DNA of 36,704 nt from Ornithinibacter sp. (GCA_035458265.1 DATIAB010000251.1:1-36704); one strand, 5' to 3'. Positions 18,636-28,390 are shown, counted from the stretch's first letter. Program-made: numbers and translations. The notes: generated by a model from the letters alone, not told the origin.

Positions 18636-19073
18636 TCAAGCGCAGCTGCAGCAGTAGCAGTAGCACATGACCGCTCCCAGCCGACCCACCTCGAAGGAGT
18701 ACTCCTTGCCAGCCGGGACAAACATCCAGTCTCCCGAGGAGAGCTCCTTTCCTTGGTAGTTTATCGATCCCGAAACAATGAATCGAACCCCATCTCCCTC
18801 ATCATGGGAGTGCGTCTCGGCGCGAGCGCCGGCGTCGGCGACAGTGATGTAGAGCTGTGACGGGCAGTTGAGGAAGACCGGCAACTGCCACTTTCGGAAC
18901 CCGTCCGGGACGTTGTCAACGGCCAGGGCCTCGCACACACGTGCCACGTCGTCGTCACGCGAAGTCAGAATGCGACCTGTCGTGTCGAGCCCCGCTTTCT
19001 CCACTGCCTCGCGGATCCGCGCAATGCCCTCGTCGAAGGTCGTGCGGTTTGGATCGAACGTCTTGCTACCCAT
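18636..19073 (-). CDS. Cupin-domain protein with Cys-rich C-terminus
   Basis: THSHDEGDGVRFIVSG and LSSGDWMFVPAG cupin motifs; ends CYCYCCSCA; AAGGGG RBS. Confidence 0.82.
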   Translation of the reverse strand: MGSKTFDPNRTTFDEGIARIREAVEKAGLDTTGRILTSRDDDVARVCEALAVDNVPDGFRKWQLPVFLNCPSQLYITVADAGARAETHSHDEGDGVRFIVSGSINYQGKELSSGDWMFVPAGKEYSFEVGRLGAVMCYCYCCSCA

Positions 19074-19274
19074 ACCAGATCACCCCTTGGTGCCGGCCCC
19101 TGGTCGCCGATCGACGAGCGAACCGACTCTTGACATGGTGCACCCGACACCGCGCTCACGTCCAGGCAGTGACGACGCGAGCACGGTGCAGTCCGTCAAT
19201 TGCACGGCGATGACCGAGGCCCACCCGCAACCAGAAGAACCTCCAGGGGATCCACGCGTGCGCCGATGGACCTA

Positions 19275-19303
19275 TTGACGCTCCGCGAGGGCAGGACGAT
19301 GCT
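19275..19303 (+). promoter_or_regulatory. Possible housekeeping-sigma promoter of the M28 peptidase gene
   Basis: TTGACG-N17-GATGCT, ending 48 nt before the start codon. Confidence 0.35.
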
Positions 19304-19351
19304 GGACGTCGGCTCTTCCTCGTGGCTCATCAAGAATGTCGGAGGCGGAAG

Positions 19352-20920
19352 ATGAAGCGGTCAATGCCGATCGGTGGCGCACTCCTGGTCAGCGCCGTCC
19401 TGCTCGTGGGCACAGTCCCCGCAGCGGCGAACCCGAACAACAACAACTCTGCAAAGCTCCGTGCGGCAGTGACGGTGGGGGGGATCCTCGAGCACCAGCA
19501 GGCGCTTCAGGCAATCTCTGATTCCGCAGCCGGGAATCGCCTGTCCGGGGCTCCGGGCTACGACAGCTCCGCCGAGTACGTCGCGCAGCAGGCTGCCGCG
19601 GCAGGATTCGACGTCGAGGTGCAGGAATTCGAGTACAACCTGGACTTCCTCGCTGACTACGAGGCGCCGGTGTTGAGCATCGAGGGCGGCACCGAGTTCG
19701 TGGGCGGCATCGCTGGGGCCAGCCTTGGCGGTGACTTCGGCTCGATGTTCAAGTCCACGCCGTACAGCGTCGACGTCACAGCCCCCGTCTGGGCGATCGA
19801 TCTGGCTCTGCCGCCGGTGGGGCCCCCGAACACCAGCACCAGCGGCTGCCAGGACGCGGACTACACCGGGATGCCGCCGGGCGCGATCATCATCGTCCAG
19901 CGGGGTACCTGCACCTTCGCGGACAAGTTCCTGCGGGCTGACGCGTCAGGAGCCGCAGCGATGGTCTTCATCAACGAAGGGCAGCCGGGCCGCACGGAGC
20001 CGTTGTGGTTCAACTTCGACGGCATCAACATCCCCACGTTCGCTGCGACCGTCGAGACCGGGGCGGAACTGGCGAACGGGGTGCTCAGCGGGGACACCGG
20101 TCTGACGGCCCGCTTCAAGATCGAGTGGCGCCCCGGTACCTACACCACCAGCAACATCATCGCCGAGACCACCAGCGGCGACCCCGACAACGTGATCGTG
20201 GTCGGTGCGCACCTGGACTCGGTGGGTGTCGGGGCGGGCATCAACGACAATGGATCAGGTTCGGCGATGATTCTGGAGATCGCCGAGCAGATGGCGAAGG
20301 TGCAGCCTCGCAACCAGGTCCGTTTCATCTGGTTCGGCGCCGAGGAGTCCGGCCTGCTCGGGTCCGAGGCATACGTCGCAGGCCTCTCGGAGGAGGAACG
20401 GTCGCAGATCGCGGCCATGCTGAACTTCGACATGGTCGGGTCGCCGAACTTCGTACGCTTCGTCTATGACGGAGACCTGTCCGACTCCGCCCCACTGCCT
20501 GGCGGTGCGCCGGCTGGCTCAGGGGCCATCGAGACGTTGTTCCTGGACTACTTCGCCAGCGAGGGCCTGGCCACGGAACCCACCGCCTTCGATGGGCGGT
20601 CGGACTACGGGCCGTTCATCGAAGCCGGCATCCCGGCCGGGGGGCTGTTCACAGGCGCCGAGGGCATCAAGACCGCGGAAGAGGCCGCCATCTACGGCGG
20701 CGTGGCGGGAGAACAGTACGACCCCTGCTACCACCTCTCCTGCGACACCATCGACAACCTCAGCCTGTCGGCCCTCGATCAGATGAGCGACGCGGCCGCA
20801 CACGCCACGATCTCCCTCGCTCAGAGCACCCAAGCGGTCAACGGCCAGCGCGGCAAGGGCAACTTCAACGTCAGGAACACCGCGCCGCCAGCGCCGATCA
20901 CGACCACCTCCGGCAGCTGA
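19352..20920 (+). CDS. Secreted M28 aminopeptidase with PA domain
   Basis: GGAGG RBS, signal peptide, QRGTCTF (PA domain), GAHLDSV, NDNGSG, AEESGLLGS, LNFDM, RSDY, DPCYH. Confidence 0.92.
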   Translation: MKRSMPIGGALLVSAVLLVGTVPAAANPNNNNSAKLRAAVTVGGILEHQQALQAISDSAAGNRLSGAPGYDSSAEYVAQQAAAAGFDVEVQEFEYNLDFLADYEAPVLSIEGGTEFVGGIAGASLGGDFGSMFKSTPYSVDVTAPVWAIDLALPPVGPPNTSTSGCQDADYTGMPPGAIIIVQRGTCTFADKFLRADASGAAAMVFINEGQPGRTEPLWFNFDGINIPTFAATVETGAELANGVLSGDTGLTARFKIEWRPGTYTTSNIIAETTSGDPDNVIVVGAHLDSVGVGAGINDNGSGSAMILEIAEQMAKVQPRNQVRFIWFGAEESGLLGSEAYVAGLSEEERSQIAAMLNFDMVGSPNFVRFVYDGDLSDSAPLPGGAPAGSGAIETLFLDYFASEGLATEPTAFDGRSDYGPFIEAGIPAGGLFTGAEGIKTAEEAAIYGGVAGEQYDPCYHLSCDTIDNLSLSALDQMSDAAAHATISLAQSTQAVNGQRGKGNFNVRNTAPPAPITTTSGS

Positions 20921-21088
20921 CCACGGTCACCGGCCCTCAGCGAGGCCGGCCCGCGGCCAACCGAAGCAGCTGACCCGCTCGCCGGCAGACAGGTGAGCAG
21001 TTGATGGACGTGCCTCGCCACTTCGCACCTGCCCGCCGGAGACCTCACGTACGACGGTGCGGGTGGTGAGGCTCCCGGCATCCGAAAG

Positions 21089-21097
21089 TTGTCCACA
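21089..21097 (+). promoter_or_regulatory. DnaA-box-like TTGTCCACA upstream of the tad cluster
   Basis: Exact match to the actinobacterial DnaA box, followed by GG. Function here unknown. Confidence 0.4.
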
Positions 21098-21200
21098 GGT
21101 TGCGGATTTCGGGGTGCGGAATCGCTCGTCATCCGGTTCGATGTGACTCTGGCGGGTCGTCGAGGGGGCGGCTCGGGGGTGACTTCGGGGGAGGGTTGTC

Positions 21201-22430
21201 ATGGATGCCGTCCGCACGCTCGAGAGCGAGGTGCGCGAGCTCATCCGTCGTTCGGGTCTGGACCCGGCGCGCGACGAGGTGGCGGTGCGCCGGCTGGTCG
21301 GCGAGGCGGTGTCGGACTACGACGAGCGCTCGCTCTCCGGTGGGATGCCGGTGCTCGCCGACGTCGAGGCGGCCTCGCGCTCGGTGTGGGACAGCGTCGC
21401 GGGCTATGGGCCCCTGCAGCAGTACTTCGACGACCCGAGCGTCGAGGAGATCTGGGTCAACGAGCCCTCCAAGGTGTTCGTCGCGCGCAGCGGCGTTTCC
21501 GAGCTCACGACGACGCTGCTCAGCCACGACCAGGTGCGCGACCTGGTCGAACGCATGCTCAAGTCGTCCGGGCGTCGCGTGGATCTGTCCACGCCCTTTG
21601 TGGATGCCGTTCTCCCGGACGGCAGTCGGCTGCACGTCGTCATCCCTGACATCACCCGCGACCACTGGTTCGTCAACGTCCGCAAGTTCGTCATCAAGGC
21701 CGACTCGATGGACGACCTCGTGCGTCTGGGCACGCTGACTCGCCAGGCGGCGCAGTTCCTCGAGGCCGCGGTGGTCGCCGGGCTCAACATTCTTGTCGCG
21801 GGCGGAACACAGGCGGGGAAGACCACCTTCCTCAACTGCCTCGGCGCCGCGGTGCCGCCGCGAGAGCGGATCGTCACCTGTGAAGAGGTGTTCGAGCTGC
21901 GGATCCCGCACCGGGACGTCGCGGCGATGCAGTGCCGCCAGCCCTCGCTCGAAGGCACCGGCGAGATCCCCCTACGGCGGCTGGTCAAGGAGGCACTGCG
22001 CATGCGCCCCTCGCGCATCGTCGTGGGAGAGGTGCGACAGGCCGAGAGCCTCGACCTGCTGATCGCGCTCAACTCCGGGCTTCCCGGCATGTGCACCATC
22101 CACGCCAACAGCGCACGCGAGGCCGTGACCAAGATGTGCACGCTCCCGCTCCTCGCCGGGGAGAACGTGTCGGCGCGGTTCGTCGTCCCCACGGTCGCCT
22201 CCTCGATCGACCTCGTCATCCACGCAGCCCTCGAGCGCGACGGACGGCGGATGGTGCGAGAGATCGCAGCGGTTCCCGGACGTGTCGAGGGTGACGTCGT
22301 GGAGATCGCGGATCTGTTCGTGAGGCGCGGCGGCGAACTCCGGCGCGCCGAAGGGTTCCCTCCACACGAGGAGCGGTTCGAGCGTGCCGGCTACGACCTG
22401 TCCGCGCTTCTCGCGCCTGGTGTGTCATGA
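21201..22430 (+). CDS. cpaF: Tad pilus assembly ATPase CpaF/TadA
   Basis: GGTQAGKTT Walker A, CEEVFEL, ALRMRPSRIVVGEVR, CTIHANS. Confidence 0.92.
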   Translation: MDAVRTLESEVRELIRRSGLDPARDEVAVRRLVGEAVSDYDERSLSGGMPVLADVEAASRSVWDSVAGYGPLQQYFDDPSVEEIWVNEPSKVFVARSGVSELTTTLLSHDQVRDLVERMLKSSGRRVDLSTPFVDAVLPDGSRLHVVIPDITRDHWFVNVRKFVIKADSMDDLVRLGTLTRQAAQFLEAAVVAGLNILVAGGTQAGKTTFLNCLGAAVPPRERIVTCEEVFELRIPHRDVAAMQCRQPSLEGTGEIPLRRLVKEALRMRPSRIVVGEVRQAESLDLLIALNSGLPGMCTIHANSAREAVTKMCTLPLLAGENVSARFVVPTVASSIDLVIHAALERDGRRMVREIAAVPGRVEGDVVEIADLFVRRGGELRRAEGFPPHEERFERAGYDLSALLAPGVS

Positions 22431-23296
22431 CTGGGCTGCTGCTCGGGTTGCTCCTGGGCATCGGGTTGTTCCTCATCTGGTGGAGCTGCTGGGTTCCGAT
22501 CCCGCGCGACGCGCAGGAGGTGAGACACATCGGGCCCCTGGTGCGGCTGTCCGACGAGATCGTCCAAGCAGGTTTCGCCGGCTTGTCGGTTCGCACGCTG
22601 CTGGCTGCCTGTGTCATCGCCTTCGTCCTCGTCCTCGCCTTCGTGCAGGCGGCCGTCGGGGTCCTGCCGATCGCCGCATGCTTCGCGGTGATGGCGTCGT
22701 TCGTCCCGATCGCCCTGGTGCGTAGGCGCGCCCGGGTGCGCAGGGCCCGGCTGCGGGACCTGTGGCCGGATGCCGTCGACAACATCACGTCTGGGGTGCG
22801 GGCGGGGATGGCCCTGCCCGAGGCGCTGTCCCAGCTCGGAACTCGCGGACCGGACGGGCTGCGGGAGCCGTTCCTCGCCTTTGCCGACGACTATCGGCTC
22901 AGCGGACGCTTCCACGACTCCCTGGACCGGCTGAAGGAACGCCTCAGCGACCCGGTCGGCGACCGGCTGGTGGAGAGCCTGCGGATCGCTCGCGAGGTGG
23001 GTGGCACTGACCTCGGCCACCTCCTGCGCACTCTGTCCGGGTTCCTGCGAGAGGACGCTCGCACGCGAGCCGAGCTCGAGACCCGGCAGTCCTGGACCGT
23101 CAACGCCGCGCGCCTGGCAGTTGCCGCTCCTTGGCTCGTGCTCGCGATGCTCTCGACCAATCCGCAGTCGGTGCGCGCGTACGAGAGCGGTGTCGGTTTC
23201 GTCGTGCTCGCGGTCGGCGGGGCCCTGACCGCCGTCGCGTACTGGTCGATGCTCCGCATCGGTCGACTGCCCGACGACGAGAGGGTGCTGCGATGA
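22427..23296 (+). CDS. tadB: TadB-like membrane platform protein (T2SS F family)
   Basis: WPDAVD..SGVRAG..LPEAL, GGTDLG; several TM helices; ATGA overlap. Confidence 0.85.
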   Translation: MTGLLLGLLLGIGLFLIWWSCWVPIPRDAQEVRHIGPLVRLSDEIVQAGFAGLSVRTLLAACVIAFVLVLAFVQAAVGVLPIAACFAVMASFVPIALVRRRARVRRARLRDLWPDAVDNITSGVRAGMALPEALSQLGTRGPDGLREPFLAFADDYRLSGRFHDSLDRLKERLSDPVGDRLVESLRIAREVGGTDLGHLLRTLSGFLREDARTRAELETRQSWTVNAARLAVAAPWLVLAMLSTNPQSVRAYESGVGFVVLAVGGALTAVAYWSMLRIGRLPDDERVLR

Positions 23297-24225
23297 GCGG
23301 ACTGGCACGCTCGGGGGCGATCCTCGGTTTCCTGATGGGCTGCGGACTCATGCTCGTGTGGCTGGGGATGCCGCACCACCGGCGGCATGGACTGGCGGGA
23401 CGGGTGGTCCCGTACCTGCGTGACACACCCCGCCCCTCCAGGTTGCTCGACACCGAGCGACCACGTGGGGGTGCGCTCGCGGTGGTGGCCGCACCGGTGG
23501 TCCGCGACCTCGCGGCGCTGGTCGAGCGGGTGATGGGGGGTGCCGACTCCGTCCGACGGCGCCAGCTGAGGGCCGGCCAGTCCGCGGACGTCGACCGTTT
23601 CCGGGCCGAGCAGGTGCTGTGGGGGGGCCTCGGCGCAGCCGTGGGAGGACTCCTCGGAACCACCGCACTCGTCCTGCGGGATTCCGGGGCCTTCACCGTC
23701 GTCATGATGACGCTGATCTGCGCCGGGCTCGGCGTCACGGGTGCCGACTACAACCTGTCCCGTCGTGCCACCCGCCGTGAAGCCCGGATGCTCATGGAGT
23801 TCCCCACTGTCGCAGAGCTGTTGGCGCTCGCCGTGGCTGCCGGTGAGGGGGCGGTGGGGGCCCTCGACCGCGTCTGCCGCCTGTCCGGCGGCGAGCTCGC
23901 CGGAGAGCTGCGCAGGTGCCTCGCCGACGCGCGGGCCGGTGCCAACCTCCCCACGGCGCTCCAAGGCCTTGCGGACCGCACCGGGTTGCCCAGCCTGCGG
24001 CGCTTCGTCGACGGAGTCGTCATCGCCGTCCAACGTGGCACCCCACTGGCGGAGGTGTTGCGAGCCCAGGCTCAGGACGTCCGGGAGGAGGGCCGCCGAG
24101 GGCTCATGGAGGCGGGTGGACGCAAGGAGATCGCCATGATGATTCCGGTCGTCTTCCTCATCCTTCCGGTGACTGTGCTCTTCGCCGTCTTCCCCGGCTT
24201 CAGCTACTTCCAGTTCACGCTCTGA
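23293..24225 (+). CDS. tadC: TadC-like membrane platform protein
   Basis: EFPTVAELLALAVAAGE, RGTPLAEVL, MMIPVVFLILP; ATGA overlap at 23293. Confidence 0.85.
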   Translation: MSGLARSGAILGFLMGCGLMLVWLGMPHHRRHGLAGRVVPYLRDTPRPSRLLDTERPRGGALAVVAAPVVRDLAALVERVMGGADSVRRRQLRAGQSADVDRFRAEQVLWGGLGAAVGGLLGTTALVLRDSGAFTVVMMTLICAGLGVTGADYNLSRRATRREARMLMEFPTVAELLALAVAAGEGAVGALDRVCRLSGGELAGELRRCLADARAGANLPTALQGLADRTGLPSLRRFVDGVVIAVQRGTPLAEVLRAQAQDVREEGRRGLMEAGGRKEIAMMIPVVFLILPVTVLFAVFPGFSYFQFTL

Positions 24226-24247
24226 CCCCGAAGGAAAGGACCGACCC

Positions 24248-24457
24248 ATGTCGATCACCCGCACCCTGTCCGCACGACTCTTCGTGGCGACCCATCACCT
24301 CCTCGCTCGGGAGGCACGCAGATCCGAGCGCGGTGACGTGCCGGGCTGGGTCCTCATCACCCTCATGACCGCCGGCCTGGTGACCGCGCTGTGGGTCGTG
24401 GCCAAGGCCCAGCTCATCTCGATGTTCCAGAGCGCCCTGTCCTCCGTGTCGGGCTGA
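24248..24457 (+). CDS. Flp-like small pilin
   Basis: 69 aa; ERG followed by a hydrophobic helix; AAAGGA RBS; located after tadC. Confidence 0.7.
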   Translation: MSITRTLSARLFVATHHLLAREARRSERGDVPGWVLITLMTAGLVTALWVVAKAQLISMFQSALSSVSG

Positions 24458-24466
24458 CGACGCGCG

Positions 24467-24847
24467 ATGCCGAACCACGACGAGCGGGGTGCTGCCGCAG
24501 CGGACTTCGTGATGGTGTCCGTCCTCGTCGTCGTGCTCTTCCTCGCGGTCCTCCAGCTGGGCCTGACGCTGCACACACGCAACACGCTCATCTCCTGCGC
24601 CTCAGAGGGAGCGCGCCTCGGGGCCAGGCTGGATGCCGCGCCCGGTCAGGGCGTCGCCCGCACCCAGGCGCTCATCCGCCAGTCACTGTCACCTGAGTAC
24701 GCCGGCAGGGTGAGCGCCCGAGAGAGCGTTGTCGACGGGGTGAGGGTGGTCGAGGTCCGAGTCGTGGCGCCCATTCCCGTGATCGGTCTTCTCGGCCCGA
24801 GGGACCGGCTCGACATCGTCGGCCGCGCCTTTCTGGAGTCCCAGTGA
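24467..24847 (+). CDS. TadE-like pseudopilin
   Basis: DERG|AAAADF plus TM helix; ASEGARLGA motif. Confidence 0.82.
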   Translation: MPNHDERGAAAADFVMVSVLVVVLFLAVLQLGLTLHTRNTLISCASEGARLGARLDAAPGQGVARTQALIRQSLSPEYAGRVSARESVVDGVRVVEVRVVAPIPVIGLLGPRDRLDIVGRAFLESQ

Positions 24848-25299
24848 GCCGGCCGTTCGACGGCGTGCGGGTGCCCCGCAACGAGCGGGGGACTGCCGTC
24901 GTCGAGTTCGTCGTGCTGGCGGTCCTGATGCTCATTCCGCTCATCTATCTCGTCATGATGATGGCCAGGCTGCAGGCGGGGTCGTTCGCGGTGAGCCAGG
25001 CGGCGAGGGAAGCAGGTCGCGCCTATGTCACGGCCGACAGCGGCCAGGCCGCCCCGGACCGGGCGCAGGCTGCGGCGCGGATCGCCTTCCTCGACCACTC
25101 CTTCGAGGGCAGCGGGCGCCTGAGCATCGCCTGCGACGGCAACCCGTGCCTGCGGCCGGACGGGCGGGTCGAGACGACCGCCACCGTGCGCGTGCCGCTC
25201 CCACTGGTCCCGGCCTTCGTGCGCGACGTCGTCCCGATGTCCGTGCCGGTCTCGGCGAGCCACCTGTCCACGGTCGACCGCTTCCGGGGGCTGCCGTGA
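24844..25299 (+). CDS. TadE-like pseudopilin
   Basis: NERG|TAVVEF plus TM helix; AAREAGR; Cys pair. Confidence 0.82.
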   Translation: MSRPFDGVRVPRNERGTAVVEFVVLAVLMLIPLIYLVMMMARLQAGSFAVSQAAREAGRAYVTADSGQAAPDRAQAAARIAFLDHSFEGSGRLSIACDGNPCLRPDGRVETTATVRVPLPLVPAFVRDVVPMSVPVSASHLSTVDRFRGLP

Positions 25300-25754
25300 C
25301 CCGGGCTCGAGACCCCGAGGACGAGCGAGGGTCGATCAGCATCTTCGTCGTCGGGCTCACGGTGATCGCCATGCTCCTCATCGCGGGAACGATCGCCGTC
25401 ACCTCGGCTCACCTGTCGCGCATGCGACTGCTGGACGTGGCGGACGGCGCCGCGCTGAGCGCTGCCAACGGGCTCGATGACGGGGCGTACACCACTGGTG
25501 TGAAGACATCCGTGCCGCTGTCCGACGCCACCGTGCGCGAGAGGGCAGCGGCCTACGTCGGGAGCCGGACGCGACCGCGCAGCATCCTCGCGTGGAGGCT
25601 CGCGCCCGGGACCGGCACCCCGGACGGCCGAACCGCCGTCGTGGCGCTCACCGCGGAGGCCGAGCTGCCGATGATCGGGTCAGTGCTGCGTGAGCTCGGG
25701 GTCAGCATCCGCATCTCCGTGGAGTCCAGCGCACGCTCCGACCTCGAGCCCTGA
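25296..25754 (+). CDS. TadG-like pilus-associated protein
   Basis: GTGA overlap; DERG|SISIF plus TM helix; ADGAALSAA motif. Confidence 0.78.
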   Translation: MTRARDPEDERGSISIFVVGLTVIAMLLIAGTIAVTSAHLSRMRLLDVADGAALSAANGLDDGAYTTGVKTSVPLSDATVRERAAAYVGSRTRPRSILAWRLAPGTGTPDGRTAVVALTAEAELPMIGSVLRELGVSIRISVESSARSDLEP

Positions 25755-25779
25755 ACCACCCGTGACCCCGCGGTTCGAG

Positions 25780-25836
25780 CGCCACCACCGAACTTCTCCG
25801 ACGTCCCAGCGACGGCGGAGAAGTCCGGTGGTGGCG
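25780..25836. terminator. 26-bp inverted repeat after the tad cluster (terminator or REP-like)
   Basis: Arms 25780-25805 and 25811-25836 are 24/26 complementary with a 5-nt loop; no U-tract. Confidence 0.55.
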
Positions 25837-25950
25837 GACATACTTCTCCGGCCGAACTGAAGATCCCCGTCATCACGGTGTGGGCGCAGCAGTCCGAGCC
25901 CGGCCGACGACGGGAACCAGCCGTCGCCCATTCGCGTAGGCTTGACTCTC

Positions 25951-27069
25951 GTGGCTGTCGACTTCTCCCAGGAGCTCAAGGACCTCCGCACGACGATGTC
26001 GTCCGTGCGTGAGGTGACCGACCTGTCCAAGCTCGAGGCGACCATCGCCGACTTCGAGCAGCAGGCGTCCGACCCCAACATCTGGGACGACCAGGAAAAG
26101 GCCCAGGTCGTGACGTCCGGCCTGTCCCGCGCCAAGGCCGAGCACGAGCGCGTCACGAGCATGGACTCCCGCATCGACGACCTCGAGGCCCTGGTCGAGA
26201 TGGGCCAGGAGGAGAACGACGCCGAGACCCTGCTCGAGGCCGAGCGTGAGCTCGTCGTCGTGAAGAAGGCGGTCGGCGAGCTCGAGGTCCGCACCCTGCT
26301 CGCGGGCGAGTACGACCAGCGGGCCGCCGTCGTGACGATCCGCGCCGGCGCCGGTGGTGTGGACGCCGCCGACTTCGCCGAGATGCTCATGCGGATGTAC
26401 CTGCGCTGGGCCGAGCGCCACCACTACCCCGTGAAGGTCCTGGACACCTCCTACGCGGAGGAGGCTGGCCTGAAGTCGGCCACCTTCGAGGTCGACGTGC
26501 CCTACGCGTACGGCAACCTGAGCGTCGAGGGCGGCACCCACCGCCTCGTGCGGATCAGCCCGTTCGACAACCAGGGGCGGCGCCAGACCAGCTTCGCCGC
26601 GGTCGAGGTGGTGCCGCTCATCGAGCAGACGGACACCATCGAGATCCCCGAGAACGAGCTCAAGGTCGACGTCTTCCGCTCCAGCGGCCCCGGCGGCCAG
26701 TCGGTCAACACCACCGACTCCGCCGTGCGCATGACACACATCCCGACCGGCACCGTCGTGTCGATGCAGAACGAGAAGAGCCAGATCCAGAACCGCGCCG
26801 CCGCACTGCGCGTCATGCAGTCGCGACTGCTCCTGCTCAAGAAGGCCGAGGAGGCCGCCGAGCGCAAGGAGCTCGCCGGCGACGTCAAGGCCAGCTGGGG
26901 TGAGCAGATGCGCTCCTACGTGCTGCACCCCTATCAGATGGTCAAGGACCTGCGGACGGGCTTCGAGGTCGGCAACACCTCGGGCGTCTTCGACGGCGAC
27001 ATCGACGGGTTCATCGAGGCCGGCATCCGGTGGCAGATCGGCCAGGACAAGGCCGCCGCCGAGGGCTAG
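25951..27069 (+). CDS. prfB: Peptide chain release factor 2
   Basis: SPF and GGQ motifs; continuous frame; TAGGCT 8 nt before GTG 25951. Confidence 0.97.
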   Translation: MAVDFSQELKDLRTTMSSVREVTDLSKLEATIADFEQQASDPNIWDDQEKAQVVTSGLSRAKAEHERVTSMDSRIDDLEALVEMGQEENDAETLLEAERELVVVKKAVGELEVRTLLAGEYDQRAAVVTIRAGAGGVDAADFAEMLMRMYLRWAERHHYPVKVLDTSYAEEAGLKSATFEVDVPYAYGNLSVEGGTHRLVRISPFDNQGRRQTSFAAVEVVPLIEQTDTIEIPENELKVDVFRSSGPGGQSVNTTDSAVRMTHIPTGTVVSMQNEKSQIQNRAAALRVMQSRLLLLKKAEEAAERKELAGDVKASWGEQMRSYVLHPYQMVKDLRTGFEVGNTSGVFDGDIDGFIEAGIRWQIGQDKAAAEG

Positions 27070-27071
27070 CG

Positions 27072-27551
27072 ATGAGCCACCTCTCCTGGCCGGATGCCGG
27101 TCGCGGCCTCCTCGAGCGCGTGCTGGCTCTCGCTGACGGCGAGTCGGTGACGCTCACGGCATCCGAGGAGCACGCCCGGCCCGTGCTGGTCCGCAAGGGC
27201 CGGCTCGGCGGCTTCATCCCCGCTCGCCACGAGGTGGTCACCCCGTGGGTGCGCCTCGAACGCGTCGAGGACCACCTGCGCGGGCAGTGTGTCGGTGCGG
27301 TGTCGCGGGGCGGCACCTTCCCGTTCTCACCGGAGGAGGATGCCGCGATCGTCGCGCTGGGGTGGCGCCATCCCGGCCCGGGAGACGGCGAGCACTACGT
27401 CCGTTTCTGGCCGGACGACGTCGCGCAGGCTCCGTACCTGCCGCGCGCCGACGCCGAGCGAGCCGTCGCGATGGTCGCCGCGACCTTCGTCGAGGTTCTC
27501 TCGCCCGAGCCGGGGACGGGTGCCGACGCGGCGGCCGGAACAGCCACCTGA
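27072..27551 (+). CDS. Hypothetical protein, possibly YbjN/T3SS-chaperone-like fold
   Basis: High-GC codon pattern; 2 nt after prfB; pattern W..(L-rich helix)...ALGWRHP. The fold assignment is recollection only. Confidence 0.6.
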   Translation: MSHLSWPDAGRGLLERVLALADGESVTLTASEEHARPVLVRKGRLGGFIPARHEVVTPWVRLERVEDHLRGQCVGAVSRGGTFPFSPEEDAAIVALGWRHPGPGDGEHYVRFWPDDVAQAPYLPRADAERAVAMVAATFVEVLSPEPGTGADAAAGTAT

Positions 27552-27694
27552 GCACCCAGCTCCTGGGCAACCGCGCCGAACGGTGGGCAAACTGGCAGGC
27601 AGCCTCGTGTTGGCCACCTATCCTGCTGGGGGGCCGCGTGCCGCGCGTCACCCCCAGCCGTTGTCATCCGTCCCCGTGAGGCCATCCCCCCGTC

Positions 27695-28390
27695 ATGATC
27701 CGCTTCGAGAAGGTCACCAAGGTCTACCCCCGGTCCACCCGGGCAGCCCTGGACGACGTCAGTGTCGACATCGACCGGGGCGAGTTCGTGTTCGTCGTCG
27801 GGCCGTCCGGCTCGGGCAAGTCCACGATGCTGCGCCTGGCGCTGCGCGAGGAGGCTGCGACGCAGGGCAAGGTCCTCGTCGCGGGGCACGACCTCAACAC
27901 CATGGCGATGCGACAGGTGCCGCGGCTGCGCCGTGAGATGGGCGCGGTGTTCCAGGACTTCCGGCTGCTGCCGAACAAGACGGTCCACGAGAACGTCGCC
28001 TACGCCCTGCAGGTGATCGGCAAGCCGGGGCACGTCATCCGACAGCTCGTGCCCGAGACGCTGGAGATGGTCGGCCTGGCCGGCAAGGAGAAGCGCTTCC
28101 CCCACCAGCTGTCAGGTGGCGAGCAGCAGCGGGTGGCCATTGCCAGGGCCGTCGTCAACCGCCCGCAGATCCTGCTGTGCGACGAGCCGACCGGCAACCT
28201 CGACCGGGCCATCAGCCTGGACATCGTGCGACTGCTCGACCGCATCAACCGCACCGGCACGACGATCGTCATGGCCACCCACGACGCCGACATCGTCAAC
28301 GACCTGCGCCGGCGCGTCATCCAGCTCGAGGACGGCGTCGTCGTGCGCGACGAGCAGGAAGCCACCTACTACCCCACCGCGGAGGTGTGA
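27695..28390 (+). CDS. ftsE: Cell division ATP-binding protein FtsE
   Basis: [32 protein letters not shown]. Confidence 0.96.
   Translation: MIRFEKVTKVYPRSTRAALDDVSVDIDRGEFVFVVGPSGSGKSTMLRLALREEAATQGKVLVAGHDLNTMAMRQVPRLRREMGAVFQDFRLLPNKTVHENVAYALQVIGKPGHVIRQLVPETLEMVGLAGKEKRFPHQLSGGEQQRVAIARAVVNRPQILLCDEPTGNLDRAISLDIVRLLDRINRTGTTIVMATHDADIVNDLRRRVIQLEDGVVVRDEQEATYYPTAEV

Noticed and set aside
18560-18638. Selenocysteine read-through of the cupin TGA after the Cys-rich tail
   Set aside because: Only a weak 4-bp hairpin follows, the read-through peptide looks non-coding, and no sel genes are in the window.
5158-19073. Gasdermin, CBASS cyclase or Thoeris ThsA partner for the proteases and TIRs
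   Set aside because: No ORF with recognisable gasdermin, nucleotidyltransferase, SIR2/SLOG or Macro motifs. A remote homolog cannot be excluded without structure searches.
19352-20920. M28 aminopeptidase as part of the immune island
   Set aside because: It is secreted, divergently transcribed with its own promoter-like site, and belongs to a common nutritional family. Nothing links it to the island beyond position.
25951-27069. Programmed +1 frameshift in prfB
   Set aside because: The frame is continuous, with no internal CTT-TGA slippage site.
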